The notes: a model not told the origin generated them from the sequence alone. A DNA stretch of 28,245 nt from Candidatus Caldarchaeales archaeon (GCA_039630055.1 JBCNVN010000019.1:1-28245); one strand, 5' to 3'; shown: positions 1 to 9,103, counted from the stretch's first letter. Numbers and translations are program-made.

Positions 1-1
1 T

Positions 2-454
2 GATATCAAGCTGGCAGGAGTATCACTTAAAGAAATAGCCGTAAAAGATACTCAGGAAGCCTTGGAAAAACTACCGATTGTGAGGATCATGTATGAGACC
101 AAGATAATACTGGCAGGAATAGGTATAATAATCTCTCTGATGATAATTTCTACCTTAGTCTTCAAGAAGTTCTGGATGGGAAGAGAGAAGATACTCTTCT
201 ATGGTGGTTTAGCTATGCTCTTTATTCCACCTGCGATCTCTGGTCTTGGATGGGCGGTCAGAGAGATAGGTAGAAAACCGTGGACAGTTTATGGACTACT
301 CTACCCAGAAGAATTGATAACACTCAACCCAGTAAATGTTTGGGTTGGGTTAACGATCCTTGCAGGAATAATCGCTGGATTGGTCTTGACTTTTGGAACA
401 GCATATAAGGTGTTGAAGAAGCCTCCTAAATTCTTATTAGAGGTTGAGGATTAA
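2..454 (+). CDS. cydA: Cytochrome bd-type quinol oxidase subunit I (CydA), C-terminal part; truncated by the window start
   Basis: Frame is open from position 2. Motif GWAVREIGRKPWTVYGLL matches the CydA GWxxxExGRQPW signature. Its stop overlaps the next ATG (TAATG at 452-456). Confidence 0.85.
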   Translation, partial: DIKLAGVSLKEIAVKDTQEALEKLPIVRIMYETKIILAGIGIIISLMIISTLVFKKFWMGREKILFYGGLAMLFIPPAISGLGWAVREIGRKPWTVYGLLYPEELITLNPVNVWVGLTILAGIIAGLVLTFGTAYKVLKKPPKFLLEVED

Positions 455-1557
455 TGGATGTGATATTACCGATCACAATCTTAGGGCTGATCCTTCTCAT
501 ACATTTTACATTCGTAAACATCAACATAGGCTTAGGATTTTATAGTTTGATACTTAGATTCATCTCACTGAGAAGAGTTGAAGTAACCAGCTCTGCCCGT
601 AAAGTATTCAAGTTTATGGTTGCTACAGAAGTGTTTTCAGGGGTCTATGGGACGATGATTACAGTTGTTCTAGCAGGCTTCTTCCCCACCCTTGTAAACA
701 TAGCTGCAACCATCTTATTCATCCCTCTCATTATAAGCGTAGTTGGAATACTTATTAGGATAACCTCCATAGCAGCCTACTGGTATACTTGGGATAGGAT
801 AAGTCCAAAGATCCATGTAGCTATAGGAGTACTGGTGGCTTTTTCAGGTCTAATGATCCCTGGAGGATTTAGATATATCTTCGCTCTAATGGATTATCCG
901 GTAGGAGTCTTAAGCCTAACACCTCTATCAGGCGACCCGATACAAGCATTATCAAACCCAGTATATCCACCTCTTCTACTTCACACATGGATCGGAGCAA
1001 TATCGATAGGTTTCCTTGCCGCTGCCTCCAGTCTATGGTGGTCATCTAGGAAAAATGGAGAAGACCTTATCTGGAGTAGATATGCAGGCTTGATAGGCGC
1101 ACTATTGATAATTCCACAGGGAATAATAGGGTTCTGGTTCTGGAGCGTTCTAAGCTTTCACTCTAGATATCTCTTTAACAGCATAAGCAGATCATTCCTA
1201 CCAGTAGAGAAGACATCTATAGATGTGGGACATAGCTTTCTAGCGATGGTCCTATTAGGGATAGTCATACTGGTCTTAGGTGTACTCTACTATTATCAGC
1301 CAAGTAAGAGAATATCTTACACTATGACCATCCTCGCTATTGCATCAATGATCTTCGGAGAGATAACCCATGATATTGGAAGATTACCCTACATGGTCAT
1401 AATAGATAACGGAGGCTTGGAGGCAAACCTCTTTATCAACCGACTGATAGTAATCGATCCAACTCTCGTAATGGTCGGGGTAGGGCTCATAATATTAATG
1501 ACGGCAGTATTCGTATCATTACTATACAGATACTTGGTTAAAGGCTTTATCGAGTAA
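454..1557 (+). CDS. cydA': CydA-paralogous second subunit (CydA') of an archaeal CydAA' oxidase
   Basis: Polytopic membrane protein with CydA-like HFTFVN, SGVYGT, LLHTWIG and GEITHDIGRLPY. It resembles CydA rather than CydB and is coupled to cydA. Confidence 0.75.
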   Translation: MDVILPITILGLILLIHFTFVNINIGLGFYSLILRFISLRRVEVTSSARKVFKFMVATEVFSGVYGTMITVVLAGFFPTLVNIAATILFIPLIISVVGILIRITSIAAYWYTWDRISPKIHVAIGVLVAFSGLMIPGGFRYIFALMDYPVGVLSLTPLSGDPIQALSNPVYPPLLLHTWIGAISIGFLAAASSLWWSSRKNGEDLIWSRYAGLIGALLIIPQGIIGFWFWSVLSFHSRYLFNSISRSFLPVEKTSIDVGHSFLAMVLLGIVILVLGVLYYYQPSKRISYTMTILAIASMIFGEITHDIGRLPYMVIIDNGGLEANLFINRLIVIDPTLVMVGVGLIILMTAVFVSLLYRYLVKGFIE

Positions 1558-1630
1558 GATCCTCTAAGAAAACCTTCAAAAATATTTTTTACATTGATAT
1601 CATATTGGAGGAGGGTGCAGATAGTTTCAG

Positions 1631-2263
1631 ATGGGTTTAGATAAACTCATATCAGATGTTAAAAGATTAATCGACACAAATATTAGAAGCGTTATTCAAG
1701 ATAAGGTTAGAGGATTTAAAGAACTAAGAGATAAAGGAATAGAAGAGATCTTTAAAGAACTCTGCTTCTGCATCTTAACCGCGGGGTATAGTGCTGAGAG
1801 AAGCATACTGATACAGGAGAAGATCGGTGATGGATTCTTAAAATTATCTGAAGAAGAATTATCTGAGAAGCTTCGAGAGCTTGGACATAGATATCCCGAG
1901 GCAAGAGCTAGACACATCGTAAAGGCTAGAGAAAAGATGGGTCAAGTATTCCACATATTATCAACGTTGAGAGATGATAGACAGATTAGAGAATGGCTTG
2001 CGGAGAATATTGATGGTCTAGGATTCAAGGAGGCAAGCCATTTTCTTAGAAACATCGGTCGACTGAACGTAGCTATAATAGACTATCATATTCTCGACCT
2101 CTTAGAGAGGTATAGAGTAATCCAGAGACCGAAGACGTTAACAAGGAAAAGATATCTCAAGATCGAGAAGATTCTAGATAATATCGCTAATCAACTAGGA
2201 ATAAAACTTGGAGAACTAGACCTATATCTATGGTATCTAGAGACTGGGAAGATACTTAAGTAG
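1631..2263 (+). CDS. ogg: 8-oxoguanine DNA glycosylase/AP lyase (OGG2 family)
   Basis: ELCFCILTA, HhH motif GLGFKEASHFLRNIG, IIDYHIL and a C-terminal Lys (GKILK). Confidence 0.92.
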   Translation: MGLDKLISDVKRLIDTNIRSVIQDKVRGFKELRDKGIEEIFKELCFCILTAGYSAERSILIQEKIGDGFLKLSEEELSEKLRELGHRYPEARARHIVKAREKMGQVFHILSTLRDDRQIREWLAENIDGLGFKEASHFLRNIGRLNVAIIDYHILDLLERYRVIQRPKTLTRKRYLKIEKILDNIANQLGIKLGELDLYLWYLETGKILK

Positions 2264-2363
2264 GCCATAATCCACTATGATCGTCTCCCTATTCAGTATC
2301 TTAAAATAGTAGTTTTATAGGTTTCAGCCTAGAAAGTTTGAAAAGCTGGTGGGTGGATAGATA

Positions 2364-2822
2364 GTGCCAAACTGGGGATACTCTGTAAAAGATTTAGACC
2401 CTGCCAGGACTGTTAAAGCAAGCCTTAGAGAGGTGGATGTCTCACCCAAGTATTCCAGAGAGGTCTGTAGATCGATAATTGGACTTAATATTCCAAGAGC
2501 AAAGAAGTTAATGGAGGATGTTATCTCCATGAAGATTATGATACCGTATAGAAGGTATAGGAAGAAGAGGGCACATCATGCCCAGACTAGAGGCCCAGGA
2601 GGATATCCAGTAAAAATTGCAAGATTGATGTTAAAGCTACTTGAAAGTCTTGAGGCTAATGCAGAGTTTAAAGGTCTCGACCCAGAGCAAGTAATAATAA
2701 GATATGCTGTAGCACATAAGGGTAGAACTATAAGAAAGTTTATCGAGAGAGCCTTCGGTAGAGCCACACCCTACGATAAAACTCTCACACATATAGAATT
2801 AATTGGAGAAGCAAGAGAATAA
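2364..2822 (+). CDS. rpl22: 50S ribosomal protein L22 (uL22)
   Basis: GTG start. MPNWGYS, VSPKYSREVC, GYPVK, RAFGRATP...THIE. Confidence 0.96.
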   Translation: MPNWGYSVKDLDPARTVKASLREVDVSPKYSREVCRSIIGLNIPRAKKLMEDVISMKIMIPYRRYRKKRAHHAQTRGPGGYPVKIARLMLKLLESLEANAEFKGLDPEQVIIRYAVAHKGRTIRKFIERAFGRATPYDKTLTHIELIGEARE

Positions 2823-2965
2823 AAGACTATTTCTAATAATGATATATGTAATATGTAAAAAGGTATCCTTGTATACTGGATGGGATGGGGAACTTTAAAA
2901 TATAGGTCTAGCATTGGAGACTTAGGATATGTGGTAATGGAGATGGTGAGATAGGTGGAGAACAC

Positions 2966-3646
2966 ATGTCTACAGTGAGACAGATAGTTGAGAAACGGAG
3001 AAAGAAGTTGGAGGTAGAAGAATATTTAAGGGAGAAGTTGAAGGATGCTGGGTTTGGAGGAGTAGATATAGTCTTCACACCGATAGGGACAAGAGTTACA
3101 GTTTACGCTATGTATCCTGGAAGAGTCATTGGGTCTAGAGGAAGAACCATTAAGGAGATATCAGAAGTGCTCGCCAATAAATTTGGAATAGAGAATCCTA
3201 ATGTAACCGTTGCAGAAATAGAGGTTCCAGAACTAAACCCTTACGTAATGGCCCATAGAATAGCTCAAGCGATAGAGAGAGGTGTAAGGCATAGAAGAGT
3301 TGCATTCTGGGCTCTTAGGAGGATCATGGATGCAGGTGCTAGAGGTGTGGAGATAGAGATAAGCGGTAAACTTACCTCTGCAAGAGCTAAAACAGAAAAA
3401 TATTCAGCAGGATTGATACCTAAATCTGGAGACTATGCATTAAAATACTTAAAGGTCGGTAAAGCATCCATCCTGCTCAAGATGGGAATATATGGAGTAA
3501 AAGTAAAGATATATCCTCCAGATGCACCTCTACCTGAAGAACTCAATCTAGATGTTGAAAAGATTACGGCTGTGAAAGAACTCGAGAGTAAGGTTGGAGT
3601 GATGGAGAGTGGTGAAGGAAGTAAAGGAGCTGAGACAAAAGAGTAA
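2966..3646 (+). CDS. rps3: 30S ribosomal protein S3 (uS3)
   Basis: KH domain PGRVIGSRG, PELNP, GARGVEIEISGKL, GIYGVKVKI. Confidence 0.97.
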   Translation: MSTVRQIVEKRRKKLEVEEYLREKLKDAGFGGVDIVFTPIGTRVTVYAMYPGRVIGSRGRTIKEISEVLANKFGIENPNVTVAEIEVPELNPYVMAHRIAQAIERGVRHRRVAFWALRRIMDAGARGVEIEISGKLTSARAKTEKYSAGLIPKSGDYALKYLKVGKASILLKMGIYGVKVKIYPPDAPLPEELNLDVEKITAVKELESKVGVMESGEGSKGAETKE

Positions 3647-3809
3647 TGGAGAGCTCCTCGATGAACTGGATAGGTTAAGGTCTGAGCTCATCCTACTTAG
3701 AAGCAAGACTAGTAAAGCAGGAGCAGAGAAGACAGCATTGATAAGAGATACCCGTAGAAGGATAGCGAGAATCTTGACCATATTGAGGGAGAGAGGCATA
3801 TTTGCATAA
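3609..3809 (+). CDS. rpl29: 50S ribosomal protein L29 (uL29)
   Basis: KELRQKS...LRSEL...IRDTRRRIARILT. Overlaps the rps3 3' end; expected synteny. Confidence 0.93.
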   Translation: MVKEVKELRQKSNGELLDELDRLRSELILLRSKTSKAGAEKTALIRDTRRRIARILTILRERGIFA

Positions 3810-4086
3810 AACTCTCAATGCTAGAAATATTGTTCGACATGAGGTTATTGGATTAAACGTGATAGCTAGAGGAATAAAACAGAGAGTACAACATTATGGA
3901 GAGATTGTTGGAGAATCGTATAAAACCTTTAAGATACTAAAACAAGATGGGAGGATAATCACATTGATAAAAGATGCTTACATATTCGAGTTTACTCTTC
4001 CAAATAATGAAAAAGTAGAGATTGAGGGGTCGGCACTTTTAGGTAGACCAGAAGATAGGTTGAAGAAGAAGATAAGAAGATGGTGA
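3802..4086 (+). CDS. rnp1: Ribonuclease P protein component 1 (Rpp29/Pop4)
   Basis: NIVRHEVIGL, GEIVGES, IEGSALLGRPEDRLKK; lies between rpl29 and rps17. TTG start. Confidence 0.9.
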   Translation: MHKTLNARNIVRHEVIGLNVIARGIKQRVQHYGEIVGESYKTFKILKQDGRIITLIKDAYIFEFTLPNNEKVEIEGSALLGRPEDRLKKKIRRW

Positions 4087-4177
4087 GGATACTAGTAAGT
4101 CTTCTTTGATCTAGGTATGCTTACATCATTTAATGTTTATAAGGAGAAAAAGACCGTGAGTTTAAAGGTGATAAACT

Positions 4178-4498
4178 ATAAAGAATATTGGAGTACCTGT
4201 AAAGCCTCCTACCAGAGAGTGTAAAGATCCAGATTGCCCATTCCACGGATACTTGAAGATTAGAGGAGTTATCTTAACAGGTACAGTGTATAAGAAGAAG
4301 ATGCCTAAGACTGTAATAGTTAGACGTGAATATCTCCATTACATAAGAAAGTATAAGAGATATGAGAGGAGGAGGAGCAGTATACCAGCCCATCTACCCG
4401 AATGTATAGATGTGAGTGAGGGGGATAAAGTCAAGATAGCTGAATGTAGACCTCTAAGCAAGACTGTAAGCTTCGTAGTCTTAGAGAAACTAAAATAA
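4178..4498 (+). CDS. rps17: 30S ribosomal protein S17 (uS17); probable ATA start, extending the tracked ORF (4253) by 25 codons
   Basis: In-frame upstream codons give KNIGVPVKPPTRECKDPDCPFHG, the conserved archaeal S17 N-terminus. An in-frame TAA is at 4172-4174 and the SD-like AGGTGAT is at 4166-4172. Confidence 0.93.
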   Translation: MKNIGVPVKPPTRECKDPDCPFHGYLKIRGVILTGTVYKKKMPKTVIVRREYLHYIRKYKRYERRRSSIPAHLPECIDVSEGDKVKIAECRPLSKTVSFVVLEKLK

Positions 4499-4587
4499 CA
4501 AGATAGACAGGTCTATAAGATACCGTCAACCTATGTATAGTTATATAGATGGAGTAGAGTATCTGGATCTGTAGGAGGGGAGATACT

Positions 4588-5022
4588 ATGTCGAAGAAGA
4601 GTAGGGCTGTAGCAGCCGTCGGGATACTTGAGAGGAGACCTAACATATCTAGAACGATAAATGTAGGCTCTGAGGTTGTATGTGCAGATAACTCAGGTGC
4701 ACAGATACTTAAGATCGTACAGGTACATGGTGTAAAGACAAGGCTTAGACAGCATCCATCTGCAGGGGTTGGAGATCTTGTATCTGTAACAGTCAAGAAG
4801 GGGCCGATAGACTTGAAGAAGAAGGTTACCCATGCCGTAATAATTAGACAGAGGATGCCTTATAGAAGACCTGATGGAACATGGATATCTTTTGAAGATA
4901 CTGCTGCAGTACTCGTTACACCTGAGGGAGATGTGAAAGCAACAGAGATCAAGGGGCCTGTAGCTAGGGAAGCGGCTGAGAGATGGCCACGAGTAGCGAA
5001 CTTAGCAAGCATGATAATCTAG
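4588..5022 (+). CDS. rpl14: 50S ribosomal protein L14 (uL14)
   Basis: CADNSGA, AGVGD, AVIIRQR, GPVAREAAERWP; SD AGGAGG upstream. Confidence 0.97.
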   Translation: MSKKSRAVAAVGILERRPNISRTINVGSEVVCADNSGAQILKIVQVHGVKTRLRQHPSAGVGDLVSVTVKKGPIDLKKKVTHAVIIRQRMPYRRPDGTWISFEDTAAVLVTPEGDVKATEIKGPVAREAAERWPRVANLASMII

Positions 5023-5066
5023 ACTATTGTTATGAACTTTTTAGGAGATGGATGTTTATCAAATCT

Positions 5067-5432
5067 CTAAGGTGATCTTTTACTTCTCTTTATCTTATTA
5101 TATTCTCTTAGCCTTTCATAGATTATATAGGCGATGTCAAAGCTTCCTTCAATCTTCACTCGACCTAGGAGGAACGACTTTATAGGATCCTCCTCACCTC
5201 GAAGAAGTTTTGTTAAGAGATTACAGCTACCCTTTATCGTACTATCAGGTTTACCATCAAAGTTTTCCAGTATTCTAACTCTATCCTCACTGATCTCAAC
5301 ATACATCGAACCATCATCTTCAGCTCTTAACTCAATGACTAAAGGTTCTGATGGAAGAACCTTCTTCAAGACATAATCTGAGTTTACATCATCGATTATC
5401 TTCTTAAGCTCATAAAGAAGTCTAGATCTCAT
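5067..5432 (-). CDS. Stand-alone SCP2 (sterol carrier protein-2-like) lipid-binding domain protein
   Basis: KPDSTIKGS...LLRGEEDPIKSFLLGRVKIEGS matches the SCP2 C-terminal pattern. Confidence 0.75.
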   Translation of the reverse strand: MRSRLLYELKKIIDDVNSDYVLKKVLPSEPLVIELRAEDDGSMYVEISEDRVRILENFDGKPDSTIKGSCNLLTKLLRGEEDPIKSFLLGRVKIEGSFDIAYIIYERLREYNKIKRSKRSP

Positions 5433-5457
5433 CAGTAAAATATCTCTTCCCCTGATT

Positions 5458-6294
5458 TTAAGCCTTAGCTTTTGAGAAGAAGTCTATTACGATATGGTTT
5501 CTAGTCCTTGAATAGGATTTAACGATATTCCAACCCTTTATATGTAACGTATACCCCAGCTCTTCAACCTTCTCTTTTAAGATATCTACGAGTTCTTCTT
5601 CTCTTCCTCTTCTAGCTAATTCATGGAAATGAATCATCCCTCCGCTTGATTTTAAAGTCTTAAGAGCTTGTGGAAGAGCCTCCATAGTACCGCCTAGATA
5701 TCCCATGACAACTCTATCTGCAATATCTTTTATTTCTTCTCCTACGATCTTTTTACAGTCTCCAAGTATAGGTTCTACTATGTGTTGAACCTTGTTTAGA
5801 ATTATGTTCTCCTTCAAGTAATGATATGCTTCCGGGTTTATCTCCACAGAATATATCTTTGCTGGTTTTCCTATCACAGCCATAGGTATAGTGAACTGTC
5901 CAACCCCTGCAAACATGTCCACTATTATCTCATTACCAGAGATTAGTCTAGCTATTCTCAGTCTTTCATAACTATTTCCAAGACATAGCATTAACCTTTC
6001 AATATCTAATCTTAGTCTCCATCCATACTCTCTATGCTCAACAACTCTAATACGTTCTCCTGCTATATGCTCGATTATCGGCCTCCTCTCAACACCTTCT
6101 ACCCTAACCCACCTATAAACAGCCCGAACTCTAGGATAATATTCAATAGTATATCTACCTATATCTTTGACCCATGGCTCAACTTTCTCAGAGATACGTA
6201 CTAGTGCGACTCCATCTATTATCCTAGCTCTTGAAGGAAGAAGATCTCTAGGTGCATCTGGAATTTTCACTGCTAGGAAATCTTTGAACCTCAA
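5458..6294 (-). CDS. taw2: Trm5/TYW2-family SAM-dependent tRNA modification enzyme, probably Taw2 (wyosine aminocarboxypropyltransferase)
   Basis: SAM motif VDMFAGVGQF, EINPEAY, and the TYW2-like MLCLGNSYER and ADRVVMGY. Confidence 0.7.
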   Translation of the reverse strand: MRFKDFLAVKIPDAPRDLLPSRARIIDGVALVRISEKVEPWVKDIGRYTIEYYPRVRAVYRWVRVEGVERRPIIEHIAGERIRVVEHREYGWRLRLDIERLMLCLGNSYERLRIARLISGNEIIVDMFAGVGQFTIPMAVIGKPAKIYSVEINPEAYHYLKENIILNKVQHIVEPILGDCKKIVGEEIKDIADRVVMGYLGGTMEALPQALKTLKSSGGMIHFHELARRGREEELVDILKEKVEELGYTLHIKGWNIVKSYSRTRNHIVIDFFSKAKA

Positions 6295-6371
6295 TTTATT
6301 CTATCTGTAGTCTATGATCTAGGAGATATTATATTTACTGTGAGATTCTTTATAGACTTATTCATGATATG

Positions 6372-7337
6372 TTAGAGTTCTGGGACTAGGCCGGGAATTC
6401 TGGGAAAAGGCTGAACTTCACCGATATGCTTCAATCCACATACGAATTGTACGAACCTCTCCACTCCTAAGCCTGCTCCGGCAGAAGGTTTCAAGAGCCC
6501 TCTCTCAGCCAATTCTAACAATAGCTTAAAATCATCCTTCTTCAATCCATCTCTTTCGATCTTCTTCAGAATCTTCTGATATTCATATTCTCTCTCAGCT
6601 CCAGAGAGTACCTCACCATAACCTTCTGGAAGTATTAGATCATAGTTTCTCCATTCACCTGTTTCTAGATCTTCATAATCATAGAATTGTCTCGGTATAT
6701 CTGTAACCCATACAGGATCTTCAAACTCTCTCGAGATTATCTCTTCCCAAGCTTCTCCATATTTCTCTTCAAGCCATCTTCTCTTATAGACCTTGAAAGG
6801 TGTTCTGGGGATACGTATCTCTCTCGAAAGAGTTTCCATCTCCTCCTTCATCTCTTCATTAACGACCTCGATAGACCTCTTTACCAGTTCTTCAAACAGT
6901 CTAAATATATCCTCCATCTTTCCATAGGCAACCTCTAGATCCAGTTGCGTGAATTCATAGAGATGTCTACCTGTCGACATTCGATCCCTACTCTCGATCC
7001 TGATGTTTGGGGAGAGGATGAAGATCTTGGGAGGGCCTAGAGAGACTAGAACCCTCTTATGAACTATCATGCTCTGCATCATCTTCACATGCGTTCCATA
7101 AACTTCTACTTCAACCCTTTTCTCTATACTATAGCTGGGATCAGGCCATAGCGGGTCTGTTGATTTAGCTAGAATTACTGGAGGCACCCAGTGAAATCCT
7201 CTATCTAGCAGTATGTCAACCATCGTTTTCAGTACCTTACCGTAAACCTTTAAGATAGCGGACATTCTAGGATTCTTAATCTTCTCTATAGAGGTTAATT
7301 GATAAATTTGGGATAACTCCAACCGTGTTTCTACCAA
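6372..7337 (-). CDS. asnA: Archaeal asparagine synthetase A (AsnRS-paralogous, lacks the anticodon domain)
   Basis: STDPLWPD, QSMIVHK, SPNIRIE, RHLYEFTQLD, GEVLSGAERE, GAGLGVER. TTG start with an upstream GGTGAGG SD. Confidence 0.9.
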   Translation of the reverse strand: MVETRLELSQIYQLTSIEKIKNPRMSAILKVYGKVLKTMVDILLDRGFHWVPPVILAKSTDPLWPDPSYSIEKRVEVEVYGTHVKMMQSMIVHKRVLVSLGPPKIFILSPNIRIESRDRMSTGRHLYEFTQLDLEVAYGKMEDIFRLFEELVKRSIEVVNEEMKEEMETLSREIRIPRTPFKVYKRRWLEEKYGEAWEEIISREFEDPVWVTDIPRQFYDYEDLETGEWRNYDLILPEGYGEVLSGAEREYEYQKILKKIERDGLKKDDFKLLLELAERGLLKPSAGAGLGVERFVQFVCGLKHIGEVQPFPRIPGLVPEL

Positions 7338-7490
7338 TTCGACCTCACCACCAAATTTAGGTTATAGTTTAAGTAGTATATGTCTTTTTTATAAAATTTT
7401 CGGCATTTATACGGTAAATCGATATTAAAAGTACTTTATAATAGTCATTTTAACCATTGATAAATATTCTTTACATAAACATTGTAAGTT

Positions 7491-7498
7491 TTTATATA
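7491..7498 (+). promoter_or_regulatory. Probable TATA box for rps25e in the AT-rich divergent asnA/rps25e spacer
   Basis: TTTATATA about 29 nt before ATG 7527, the typical archaeal spacing. Confidence 0.5.
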
Positions 7499-7526
7499 GT
7501 GGATTCGTAATCTATTGGGGGTTAAT

Positions 7527-7898
7527 ATGGGTGGGACCAAGAAGCCTCGGATAAGCCAGTTGGAGAAGAAGATCACGAAGCCGAAAGAAGAAGTTGAAAA
7601 ACAGACGAGGGAGAAGTTTATAAGCGATATAACGATGCCCTCTACAGAAGAGTTGATAGAGTTTGCGAAGACTCAAAAGTACTTAACACCATATGTTCTC
7701 TCAGAAAAGTTTGGAATAAAATTATCTATAGCGAGGCAAGCTTTAAACAAGCTTGTAGAGATGAAGGCTATAAAGCTTGTCTCGGGAAATAGTAAACTAA
7801 GGATCTTTACACCAACAGAGATAGTTACCGTAGTAGAAAAATCGAAAGAAGAAGCCGTAGAGAAGACTACACCCTCCAAGAAAAAGAAGTCTAAGTAA
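7527..7898 (+). CDS. rps25e: 30S ribosomal protein S25e (eS25)
   Basis: MGGTKKP N-terminus and winged helix YLTPYVLSEKFGIKLSIARQALNKL. ATG 7527 is preferred over TTG 7515. Confidence 0.85.
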   Translation: MGGTKKPRISQLEKKITKPKEEVEKQTREKFISDITMPSTEELIEFAKTQKYLTPYVLSEKFGIKLSIARQALNKLVEMKAIKLVSGNSKLRIFTPTEIVTVVEKSKEEAVEKTTPSKKKKSK

Positions 7899-8286
7899 CC
7901 ACGTTTGAGAAGTTTATTCTAATCTTTGAGCCAGGCTTAACTCTGACTAGTTCTTCATATCCATGTTTGACCTGCCCTATTCTAACCATCTGTGAAGGTG
8001 GAGATGCATCTCTAAAAGCTATCAGTATGTATGGACCGGGAGGCCAGAACAACATATCTCCTCTAGAGATCTTACTAGAAATCTTCTCTGCACCTCTCCT
8101 CAAATCTATCTGGAAGTATACTGCATAATCCCATTTGGCTAGAAAACCTTCTAATGGAATCATCTTCAATAGATCTTTAACGGTTAATGGTGCATAGAAT
8201 CTGACAAGTTCACCTTCCAGTATACCTATATCTTCTACATCTATTCTTAAAGGGATCCTCATCATCTGGTCGGATATTCTTATCAC
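7891..8286 (-). CDS. Cyclophilin-like fold protein (TM1367/DUF369-like)
   Basis: APLTVKDLLKMIPL, GDMLFWPPG, and similar size to the family. Confidence 0.7.
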   Translation of the reverse strand: MIRISDQMMRIPLRIDVEDIGILEGELVRFYAPLTVKDLLKMIPLEGFLAKWDYAVYFQIDLRRGAEKISSKISRGDMLFWPPGPYILIAFRDASPPSQMVRIGQVKHGYEELVRVKPGSKIRINFSNVVT

Positions 8287-8440
8287 ATCATTTCTCTATA
8301 GATTCCACTATATCTACATTATAGTAGATGTTCTTGTGAGACCTCTTTATCTAGAAAAAATCAAAAGACACATAATTAGATCTTGAAAACTTCTAAAACG
8401 GTTTCTAATCTAGTTTTTAGACCTAGATAAAAGTTTAATT

Positions 8441-9103
8441 GTGGATATTATACTTTCTTTAGAGTCTATGAGTATCTTGGAAGACCTAGTTTTCCATTTC
8501 TCATCTCTCGGATTGTTTGGATTAGTCTTAGTCTCGTTTCTTGAGGCATCCATCTTCCCCATACCCCCAGATGTTTTCCTGATACCTCTAGCCATAGTAG
8601 ACTCATCTAATGCTATCCTCTATGGATTGGCTTCAACGATCTCTTCTGCATTAGGTGCTCTTCTAGGATATTTTATAGGTTTAAAACTGGGTAGACCGAT
8701 AGCCGAAAAGATCATAAAACCTAGCCAGATAATGAAGGCAGAGAAGTTATATAGAGATTATGGAATGCTCGGCGTCGCTATCTCTGCCTTCTCACCAATA
8801 CCTTTTAAAGTTTTTACTATAACCTCAGGGCTTCTAAGACTCGGCAGGTTACCCACATTCTTCATCGTATGCTTATTGGGGAGGGGTGCGAGGCTTGTTC
8901 CTGAAGCGATACTAGTAGGTTTATGGGGAGATCAGGCGATAAAGATTATAGAAGAAAACATTGTACCATTCTCGGTAATCGGTGTAGTAGTGGTTATCCT
9001 GACTTACCTATCCTATAGGTATCTAACTACTCACCGAAGAGGGGAACCTTATCTAGATAGTTCATCAAAATCTTCATCAGATCTATACCACGTATCCTAT
9101 TGA
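8441..9103 (+). CDS. DedA/VTT-domain (YqaA-like) membrane protein
   Basis: SFLEASIFPIPPDVFLIP, SPIPFKVFTITSG, GRGAR. Confidence 0.88.
   Translation: MDIILSLESMSILEDLVFHFSSLGLFGLVLVSFLEASIFPIPPDVFLIPLAIVDSSNAILYGLASTISSALGALLGYFIGLKLGRPIAEKIIKPSQIMKAEKLYRDYGMLGVAISAFSPIPFKVFTITSGLLRLGRLPTFFIVCLLGRGARLVPEAILVGLWGDQAIKIIEENIVPFSVIGVVVVILTYLSYRYLTTHRRGEPYLDSSSKSSSDLYHVSY

Noticed and set aside
4253-4498. Tracked TTG start for rps17
   Set aside because: It would remove the conserved KNIG...CPFHG N-terminus that is present in frame upstream.
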